The position numbers and the translations under genes were made by a program. Shown here piece by piece: positions 1 to 5,669 of a stretch of DNA of 12,523 nucleotides. The stretch comes from a virus (Duplodnaviria > Heunggongvirae > Uroviricota > Caudoviricetes). Numbering within the stretch: position 1 is the first letter of the stretch; every line of letters begins with the position of its first letter. The stretch spans positions 1 to 12,523 of IMG/VR virus record IMGVR_UViG_2541047958_000002; one strand, 5' to 3'. The notes below the pieces were generated by a model. That model ran no database searches and had not been told where the DNA came from. It was given only the letters and a program-made list of their open reading frames with translations.

Positions 1-216
1 TTATTGGTTATCCGCTTTAGAAGCATTGACCTGATCTTCCCATGATGCGATCTCAGATTCCCGCCAGCGCTTAGGGTTGCCGGGAATCGTTGGTTTAGGG
101 AAGGGGCAGGTGAAGCTCGAAGGCATGCGCGCCGGTGTACTCCAAAAGTACAGCGTACTCCGGGAAATTTTGTATCGAGCCAGGATGTCACTGGTAAACA
201 AGATGCCGTCATTCAT
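1..216 (-). CDS. alpA: AlpA-family phage transcriptional regulator / excisionase-like DNA-binding protein (71 aa)
   Basis: Complete minus-strand ORF (stop at 1-3, ATG at 214-216). The product has an 'ISRSTLYFW' HTH-like segment and an 'FPKP...RWRESEI..WE' tail that match my recollection of AlpA/Phage_AlpA proteins. A GGAG lies about 9 nt upstream of the ATG on the minus strand. Family assignment is from memory, not a search. Confidence 0.7.
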   Translation of the reverse strand: MNDGILFTSDILARYKISRSTLYFWSTPARMPSSFTCPFPKPTIPGNPKRWRESEIASWEDQVNASKADNQ

Positions 217-233
217 TATTCTTTACTCCAGGC

Positions 234-260
234 AAAAAAATGCCCTCGCAATGGAGGGCA
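234..260 (-). terminator. Intrinsic terminator-like hairpin in the alpA 5' region (minus strand)
   Basis: Plus strand reads A7 (234-240) then TGCCCTC-gcaatg-GAGGGCA (241-260). On the minus strand this is a 7-bp GC-rich stem with a 6-nt loop followed directly by seven U. It sits 18-44 nt upstream of the alpA start codon. Confidence 0.5.
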
Positions 261-362
261 AATGGGGGATAACGTGGCAGTGCATTCGCACCCAATATCC
301 CATGCTTTGTCGATACCGATGTTTCTGGCGACGTTCGTGCTGTCAGCTGAAGATAGCGGGAT

Positions 363-899
363 GTGGCGGAATATGTCGGCGTTCAACATGCGCAGGCCGT
401 GAAGCTTTGTTATCGGATAGCAGACCTGTACGGCTTAACCTCACCAACTGGCAGCGAAACATCATTCACTTTCGACGCTGTTGAAGCTCGTGATTTCATT
501 GATGGCGGTTGGTCATGCCAGGAGTACGTGGAGCTTGAACGCTTTCAGGAAGCGATAACCAACCATACCGGTGACTCCAACAATATGGTTGAACCTGTAA
601 CGACGGCTTACAAATTGCCAGATGATTTTATTTGCATGCTTACTGGTAGAGCTAAATATCTTCGAGAAAAAGGAGAGATCAAATCACCTGAGCTTTTGGA
701 GCGAGCCGCTGCCGCGCTTCAGGGGGAAAGCGTTAATACCTCCTCCATTCCTAATGGATGGAAACTCGTTCCGATTGACCCAACAAAAGATATGTTGCGT
801 GCGGGGCAATCGGTGGTTGGGTTCTGGCTGAATACAGTGCATTGCTACTCGAAAATGCTCGCCGCTGCACCAGCAGCACCGCGGCAGGAGGTGAAGTGA
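363..899 (+). CDS. Hypothetical phage protein (up to 178 aa; start uncertain)
   Basis: Longest plus-strand ORF in this interval and co-directional with the downstream genes. The first start is GTG at 363; the in-frame ATG at 586 (MVEPVTT...) is an alternative. No family recognised. A terminator follows at 936-958. Confidence 0.45.
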   Translation: MAEYVGVQHAQAVKLCYRIADLYGLTSPTGSETSFTFDAVEARDFIDGGWSCQEYVELERFQEAITNHTGDSNNMVEPVTTAYKLPDDFICMLTGRAKYLREKGEIKSPELLERAAAALQGESVNTSSIPNGWKLVPIDPTKDMLRAGQSVVGFWLNTVHCYSKMLAAAPAAPRQEVK

Positions 900-935
900 C
901 GAACAAGATGACGAGAGTTACCATAGATATAAATC

Positions 936-958
936 AAGGCCCTTAGGGGCCTTTTATT
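936..958 (+). terminator. Rho-independent terminator downstream of the 363-899 ORF
   Basis: AAGGCCC-ttag-GGGCCTT stem-loop (936-953) running into TTTTATT (952-958). Confidence 0.6.
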
Positions 959-992
959 CTATGATAAACGGACTTTGTTTGAGAGTGACGCC

Positions 993-1319
993 ATGAAGCC
1001 CAAGAAGCTAAATGCTGAGCAGCAATACAAATTAGACCTTGAATTGGTCAAGAAGAAGCCTGCGAACCGGACCGAGGCAAAAGCCCATTTGGCCGCACAG
1101 TTACGGATCAGCAAGTACAAGACGCAGACCTCTTCCAAAATCCGCGTAGGCAGTTTTAAGGGGCGGAAGAAGGTACATTTCAGTAAGGCGGAACAAGCAG
1201 CCAGGGCAGCACTAAATAAAGCAAATGCCATTAGATTTTCCGAAGGGGAGGTCGAGTCCGTCGATACGGATAGAATCTCAGAAAGTAACAAACGCTGGCG
1301 CGGGAGAACTGCTGACTAA
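993..1319 (+). CDS. Hypothetical lysine-rich small protein (108 aa)
   Basis: ORF 975..1319 in the track begins at TTG; the ATG at 993 ([11 protein letters not shown]...) is the more plausible start. Basic, Lys/Ala-rich composition. Its stop overlaps the next start (TAATG at 1317-1321). Confidence 0.5.
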   Translation: MKPKKLNAEQQYKLDLELVKKKPANRTEAKAHLAAQLRISKYKTQTSSKIRVGSFKGRKKVHFSKAEQAARAALNKANAIRFSEGEVESVDTDRISESNKRWRGRTAD

Positions 1320-1573
1320 TGTCTGACTGGAATATTGCTGCAAAGCCGCAGGAAGAACGCGACAAGGTTAATGTTGACCTGGCAGCCTCCGGCGTGGCCT
1401 ACAAAGAGCGCCTGAATATGCCGGTTATCGCCGAGCAGGTAGCTCGTGAGCAACCAGAGCATCTACGAGAGTATTTCATGGATCGCGTGCGGCACTATCG
1501 CGAGCAGAGCGTTGCATTGCCTAAGGCATCTGATCCTCGCTACATTGAAATGACTGAGCAAAATGCAAAATAA
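1319..1573 (+). CDS. Hypothetical small protein (84 aa)
   Basis: ATG at 1319 overlaps the upstream stop (translational coupling). No overlapping ORF on the opposite strand is better. No family recognised. Confidence 0.5.
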   Translation: MSDWNIAAKPQEERDKVNVDLAASGVAYKERLNMPVIAEQVAREQPEHLREYFMDRVRHYREQSVALPKASDPRYIEMTEQNAK

Positions 1574-1589
1574 ATTTCAGGAGATTCAA

Positions 1590-1850
1590 ATGGAAAATAG
1601 CATGAGCATCACAACGATTCTTGAAAGAGAAAGGGAGCTTGATGATCTTGTTAAGGTGTGCCTCGATGAGCTTGAGGTGATTGACATCCATGGACAGGTT
1701 TACTCAATTCCTCTTTCCCACCTAACGAACGCAGAGCAGGTGGTACATTGGGTCTGGAAGATTGCTGAGAGAGGTGATTTCGCCATGGATGTTGTTCGTA
1801 AATTTACTGAAGTTGCGTCCCATCATGTGGGGTTTGACGCTAAAAAATAA
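1590..1850 (+). CDS. Hypothetical small protein (86 aa)
   Basis: ORF 1563..1850 in the track; the internal ATG at 1590 is preceded by AGGAG (1578-1582) with about 7-nt spacing. No family recognised. Confidence 0.5.
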   Translation: MENSMSITTILERERELDDLVKVCLDELEVIDIHGQVYSIPLSHLTNAEQVVHWVWKIAERGDFAMDVVRKFTEVASHHVGFDAKK

Positions 1851-1920
1851 ATCGCCAAGGACCGATTTAATAGCTATACACATGTTTTACATTCCGCTCG
1901 CATCTTAACCAAATCTTTCT

Positions 1921-1929
1921 TGGTATAAT
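1921..1929 (+). promoter_or_regulatory. Candidate extended -10 promoter element (TGgTATAAT) upstream of the zinc-ribbon gene
   Basis: TGGTATAAT at 1921-1929 matches the extended -10 consensus TGnTATAAT. There is no convincing -35 at 16-18 bp, which is acceptable for extended -10 promoters. It lies about 40 nt upstream of the ATG at 1969. Confidence 0.4.
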
Positions 1930-1968
1930 GATTTTTTACAGGCGAATGACGTGTGAGGTCCGGGATTT

Positions 1969-2166
1969 ATGACTTGTGAAGTATGTAACAAACAACCCCT
2001 TGGACGAAGGGACCCGCCTCTTCCATGCATGGTCTTGCAAGGCGATAAATCCGTTAACTTCAGCCATCACGGACGCGAAGCAAACGAGCGTTATTACAAA
2101 TGCTCGGAATGCGGTCATGAGTGGATGAGAGAGACAGGAAATTGCGGCGAAGGCTGGATTCCTTAA
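1969..2166 (+). CDS. Small zinc-ribbon protein (65 aa), possibly an Ogr/Delta-like zinc-finger regulator
   Basis: ORF with GAGG about 10 nt upstream of the ATG. Cys pairs CEVC (res 3-6) and CSEC (res 45-48), with an 'ERYYKC' context before the second pair that resembles the 'ERYHQC' of P2 Ogr as I recall it. The spacing between pairs differs from Ogr, so the family call is tentative. Confidence 0.45.
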   Translation: MTCEVCNKQPLGRRDPPLPCMVLQGDKSVNFSHHGREANERYYKCSECGHEWMRETGNCGEGWIP

Positions 2167-2190
2167 CTATATATTGTCGCTATTCGCAAA

Positions 2191-2219
2191 TTGATTTTCT
2201 CAAATCATCCCGCCATAAT
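2191..2219 (+). promoter_or_regulatory. Candidate sigma70 promoter (-35 TTGATT, 17-bp spacer, -10 CATAAT)
   Basis: TTGATT at 2191-2196 and CATAAT at 2214-2219 with a 17-bp spacer. It would start a transcript running through the dyad elements at 2245-2343 into the ORF at 2370. Confidence 0.3.
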
Positions 2220-2244
2220 TAAGTCGCAGTCGGCCTGAACACCC

Positions 2245-2291
2245 GATTGTGACTTCTGCGCATTTAAGGGGACTTAAATGCGACCACAATC
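2245..2291. promoter_or_regulatory. 47-bp imperfect palindrome (nested inverted repeats) in the leader
   Basis: Outer arms GATTGTG (2245-2251) / CACAATC (2285-2291); inner 10-bp arms CGCATTTAAG (2259-2268) / CTTAAATGCG (2273-2282) around a 4-nt centre GGGA. No T-tract follows, so it is not a canonical terminator. It may be an operator or an RNA structure. Confidence 0.35.
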
Positions 2292-2313
2292 TGAAATCCT
2301 CACCTTGTCACAG

Positions 2314-2343
2314 ATGCAGAAATGCACCTGCGATTTTCTGCAT
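2314..2343. promoter_or_regulatory. Second dyad-symmetry element (9-bp arms, 12-bp spacer) just upstream of the RBS
   Basis: ATGCAGAAA (2314-2322) and its reverse complement TTTCTGCAT (2335-2343), separated by 12 nt. It ends 16 nt before the AGGAGG at 2360-2365. Confidence 0.35.
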
Positions 2344-2369
2344 TCTGCGGTTTCCGTTAAGGAGGCCGT

Positions 2370-2768
2370 ATGACTCTTCCAGTATCGGAGTATGGGAACG
2401 TCAATCACTGGTTGGCAAATGGTGGCGGCTGGTTCTTCAATCTCGACTATGACAAAGAAGTGCTGGCTAAGGCTCTGGTTCACAAAGCAGCTGAGCTGCC
2501 ACTCGTCATCGAGCTGGTTACCGCTGAGCGTAAAATCGTTATCTGCCACGCTGACTACCCGCATAACGAATATGCGTTCGATAAGCCCATCCCGAAAGAT
2601 ATGGTCATCTGGAATCGTGAGAGGGTTAAGTCCTGGCAGTTATACGTCAAGACAGTGGACATCGATGCTGACTCCGCGTCGGTCACTCTGTCCGTCACCA
2701 ACCCGCTGAACAACAACATCGGAAGGCTCTATGACCCAACGGAATATACCGGCCTGCAGTACCTCTGA
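2370..2768 (+). CDS. Lambda-type Ser/Thr protein phosphatase (PPase/PrpA family) homolog, N-terminally truncated and C-terminally divergent (132 aa); probable remnant
   Basis: Residues about 8-88 ('[22 protein letters not shown]...ELPLVIELV...VICHADYP...VIWNRER') match the middle of lambda phosphatase / E. coli PrpA as I recall them. The upstream GDxHG, GDxxDRG and GNHE metal-binding motifs are absent: the frame is closed by a TAA at 2358-2360 and there is no room upstream. The C-terminus lacks the GH motif. A strong AGGAGG (2360-2365) sits 4 nt before the ATG. Confidence 0.6.
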   Translation: MTLPVSEYGNVNHWLANGGGWFFNLDYDKEVLAKALVHKAAELPLVIELVTAERKIVICHADYPHNEYAFDKPIPKDMVIWNRERVKSWQLYVKTVDIDADSASVTLSVTNPLNNNIGRLYDPTEYTGLQYL

Positions 2769-3147
2769 TTTTGCTCGGAAGGTGATCGGCGTGCCGTGGG
2801 CTAACCGGGCCTGCTCGTTCGATAGGGTCGACTGCTGGGGCTTGTGCGTGCTGTATTACCGGCACGTTCTCGGCATTGAACTGCACCAGACGCCGGACTA
2901 CGAAGCCGGTGAGGACTTCTTCACCTGCTATCAAAGTGATGTCGTTTTCTGGCACCCGGTGGATAAGCCGGTCGAGGGCGGGATATTCGTCGGGTACCGC
3001 GGCGCGCAACCGGCGCATGTTGGCCTGGTACTGAACCGGCAGGCGCTGCACTCGCGCGGCGAGAACGGAAGCGTACGCATGGACTCGTTGCTGGTCATTC
3101 AGCGGGCATTCACCAAAGTGGAGTTTTTCGAATATGGCGCTGGTTGA
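2731..3147 (+). CDS. NlpC/P60-family peptidase domain protein, phage tail protein K-like (138 aa; start uncertain)
   Basis: Contains 'DCWGL' (catalytic-Cys context of NlpC/P60, cf. DCSGL) and a later 'HVGLV' His motif. It overlaps the upstream ORF by 38 nt if the ATG at 2731 is used; GTG at 2791 preceded by GAAGGTGA is an alternative start. It is shorter than typical K proteins and has no JAB/MPN region. Confidence 0.55.
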   Translation: MTQRNIPACSTSDFARKVIGVPWANRACSFDRVDCWGLCVLYYRHVLGIELHQTPDYEAGEDFFTCYQSDVVFWHPVDKPVEGGIFVGYRGAQPAHVGLVLNRQALHSRGENGSVRMDSLLVIQRAFTKVEFFEYGAG

Positions 3148-5611
3148 GATATCGAATTTTCCAGGAACGCCTAAGCTGCGTTGCAGGGTGCCAAACGGCA
3201 CCCTTTTTTATGACTGGCTGGCGGCCAATGATGGTAACTTTCACCGCGATCTGCTGATCGTCCGCAACGGCGTAAAGTTGGGCGAAGATGATGAGCTGGC
3301 GTTTGAGCTATGCGAACTGGACACCGTCCAGATATTCGACCAGCCGAAGGGCATCATTGGCGACATTCTCAGCCCGATCTTCAAAGTTGTCGGCGCGGTA
3401 TTCTCTTTCCTTGCGCCAAAGCCGGCGATCGCCAATACAGGCGGCAACACGATTGACTCGCCAAACAATAGCCTGACCGGCCAGACGAATACGGCGCGCG
3501 TCTACAAAGCAAAACCGGACATCTACGGACAAATCCGTTCGTTCCCGGACCTGATTCAGGAGTCGCTTTTCGAATACGTGCGCCAGAGCGACACGGATGG
3601 CGGCCTGAAGTACGTTACTGAGTGGATGTGCATCGGGATCGGCAAATATGATTACGAGTCTGTGCGTTATTCAGAGTCCAGCCTAGGAAGTATGGCCGGT
3701 GCAGAGTTCCAGTTTTACCAGCCGGGTGAAGTGATCCCTACCATCAACGAAGGCTACGGGTTCGACGACGTGGATGGCCAGGAAGTGCCCGGGCAAAACG
3801 AATCGGATAATTTCCCGATCGAGACTGCTACGGCTACTACGGTTGTGAGCGGAACTTACTCCGGCGGGCAGATTGCGGTAAAAATTATCAAGCAGGCTGA
3901 GTTTGATTACTTCATGGGCCTGGTCCTGCCGCACGCCGTTACTTTTACGATTAACGTCACCTACAGCACGCCAACCGGCAACGTAACGCAGGATGTCGAT
4001 TTCTCCGGCACGCTGATATCGGCTGTCGAAACAAACGACGGCGCGGTGGTTAACCCGGTCCGGTGGTACACATTCACGATGAGGGATCTAATTGGCCCTC
4101 CTGACGTGCCGGCAACGGCGACTATTAACACGACGAAGTTCATCCTTAACGATAACGAAGCGCTAGTGGTAGGCCCGTTCTTCTCGCCGGTCGAATCTGC
4201 CCAGTTATGGCTGCACACTCAGGTGCAGCTGGGCGGCAAAAAGTCCGCTGACTGGAAGGTCACGATCTGGAAAATTGACGATTACTACAACCAGGTGCCG
4301 GGTACTCAGCAGACGTTCACGTATCATCAGGGGACGCCGCACAAATCATCGAGCGAAGTATTTTACCGTACCGATAAGCTGACGCCGACCGGCGGTTTCG
4401 GCAAGTACGCTATTAACTTCCAGCGCACAGATAACTCGAGTGATGCCTCTATCCTGAAGGTTGAGGAGATCCACTCGGTCAACGTCAGAACCAACGTCGT
4501 GCATCCAACCGATACGCTGGTGCGCGTGAAGGTAAGGGCGACGGAGAACGCCCTGGGCAGCCGTGACCGCAAGTACAACGCACTGGTGACGCGTCAGACC
4601 ATCAGTTACAACCTGACGACGCAATCGGTGGATTACACCCTGCGGGCCTCGCGCTCGTTCGCTGATGCAGTGGCGCATACCTGGCTGATTATGGGCGAGC
4701 AGCCGGTAAGTAGCATTGACCTGTACGGGCTGTACTCGATTGCCGAAAGTCTGCCGGATGAGCGCCTGGGTTACTTCGACTACACGTTTGACGACGAGAA
4801 CGATTCGTTGGGCGACAGGGTGCAGGCTATCTGCAATGCGGCCTCTGTCATTGCGTACTGGGACGATGGCGTGCTGACGTTTACTCGCGATCAGAAGGTT
4901 GAGTACCCGGCGGCCGTATTCAACCGGGCCAATATGAAGACGGACGAGTACAAAATGACGTACGAAGCCACTCTTCCTGGCGGCTATGACGGCGTGCAGG
5001 TGTCCTACGTTCATCCGACAACCAACAACAAGACGTACATCAACTACCGCGTGCTGAACGGCGCTATCGTCGAGCAGGAAGCGGAGAACCCGAACAAAAT
5101 CGATATAGTCGGCTTCCGTAACGAGTATCAGGCGCGGGAACGCGCGCTGCGCGAAACGAAGCGCCTTATCTACTCCCGGGTGAAGATGAACGCCAAAGTG
5201 TTTGAGGACGGGATCATGCAGGTCGGTAGCGTCGTGCAGATAGCGGATATCTACGACAGCAACCAGCAGCAGGGATACATCACAGGCCGCGCCGGGAATA
5301 GCTTTGATACAAGCGAGCCAATCGCGTTTACCGGCTCGATGTATGTCCTGGTGACCGACAGCCTGGGCAACCCGACTCTGCGCTATCCGGCGACGGCACG
5401 CGCCGACACGAAGTACGGATTCACCGCGGCAATACCCGACATTCAACTTAATATCTGGAACGGAGACACCGTGCAGCTCCCGTCGCGCTACCTCATAGCA
5501 ACGGTGGAGGAGCTGAACAGCCAACTATGGACGGTCAATAGCATCAAGCCGAACACAGATAACACGGTATCTCTGACCGTCGCGGAATACAGCGACGCCA
5601 TCTACCAATAA
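3134..5611 (+). CDS. Phage tail tip / host-specificity protein (825 aa) with a tail-assembly-protein-I-like N-terminal region and a J-like central region
   Basis: Long ORF whose ATG overlaps the upstream stop. The N-terminal about 150 aa ('...FLAPKPAIANTGGNTIDSP...YGQIR') resembles lambda gpI as recalled. Later segments ('DRVQAICNAASVIAYWDDGVLTFTRDQ', 'GFRNEYQARERALRETKRLIYSRVK...VGSVVQIADIYD') resemble conserved blocks of lambda host-specificity protein J. Codon composition matches the flanking genes. Confidence 0.75.
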   Translation: MALVEISNFPGTPKLRCRVPNGTLFYDWLAANDGNFHRDLLIVRNGVKLGEDDELAFELCELDTVQIFDQPKGIIGDILSPIFKVVGAVFSFLAPKPAIANTGGNTIDSPNNSLTGQTNTARVYKAKPDIYGQIRSFPDLIQESLFEYVRQSDTDGGLKYVTEWMCIGIGKYDYESVRYSESSLGSMAGAEFQFYQPGEVIPTINEGYGFDDVDGQEVPGQNESDNFPIETATATTVVSGTYSGGQIAVKIIKQAEFDYFMGLVLPHAVTFTINVTYSTPTGNVTQDVDFSGTLISAVETNDGAVVNPVRWYTFTMRDLIGPPDVPATATINTTKFILNDNEALVVGPFFSPVESAQLWLHTQVQLGGKKSADWKVTIWKIDDYYNQVPGTQQTFTYHQGTPHKSSSEVFYRTDKLTPTGGFGKYAINFQRTDNSSDASILKVEEIHSVNVRTNVVHPTDTLVRVKVRATENALGSRDRKYNALVTRQTISYNLTTQSVDYTLRASRSFADAVAHTWLIMGEQPVSSIDLYGLYSIAESLPDERLGYFDYTFDDENDSLGDRVQAICNAASVIAYWDDGVLTFTRDQKVEYPAAVFNRANMKTDEYKMTYEATLPGGYDGVQVSYVHPTTNNKTYINYRVLNGAIVEQEAENPNKIDIVGFRNEYQARERALRETKRLIYSRVKMNAKVFEDGIMQVGSVVQIADIYDSNQQQGYITGRAGNSFDTSEPIAFTGSMYVLVTDSLGNPTLRYPATARADTKYGFTAAIPDIQLNIWNGDTVQLPSRYLIATVEELNSQLWTVNSIKPNTDNTVSLTVAEYSDAIYQ

Positions 5612-5632
5612 GAACCGTCCCCGACCAACCAG

Positions 5633-5658
5633 ACCCGGCCACCGTGCCGGGTTTTTTT
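5633..5658 (+). terminator. Rho-independent terminator between the tail-tip gene and the tail-fiber gene
   Basis: ACCCGGC-caccgt-GCCGGGT stem (5633-5652) followed by seven T (5652-5658). The T-tract ends 11 nt before the ATG at 5670. Confidence 0.75.
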
Positions 5659-5669
5659 ATGGAATCAAT

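Noticed and set aside
77-484. 135-aa plus-strand ORF
   Set aside because: Largely antisense to the well-supported alpA gene and crosses the intergenic terminator; no RBS or family signal. Likely a chance ORF.
959-1291. 110-aa minus-strand ORF
   Set aside because: Antisense to the plus-strand small-gene operon, which has translational coupling and RBS support.
1851-1880. Inverted repeat TAAATCG-N8-CGATTTA after the 86-aa ORF
   Set aside because: AT-rich 7-bp stem with an 8-nt loop and no following T-tract; not a convincing terminator.
2249-2709. Alternative-frame and antisense ORFs (2249..2452 +, 2274..2564 -, 2392..2709 +) over the phosphatase region
   Set aside because: They overlap the frame carrying the clear lambda-phosphatase match; the first also runs through the palindromic leader.
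2695-3201. 168-aa minus-strand ORF
   Set aside because: Antisense to the NlpC/P60 ORF and the start of the tail-tip gene; no signature motifs.
3241-5524. Several ORFs inside the tail-tip gene (including the 392-aa minus-strand ORF 4346..5524)
   Set aside because: Long antisense ORFs are common in GC-balanced coding DNA. The plus-strand 825-aa frame carries the I-like and J-like blocks and coupled start/stop signals.
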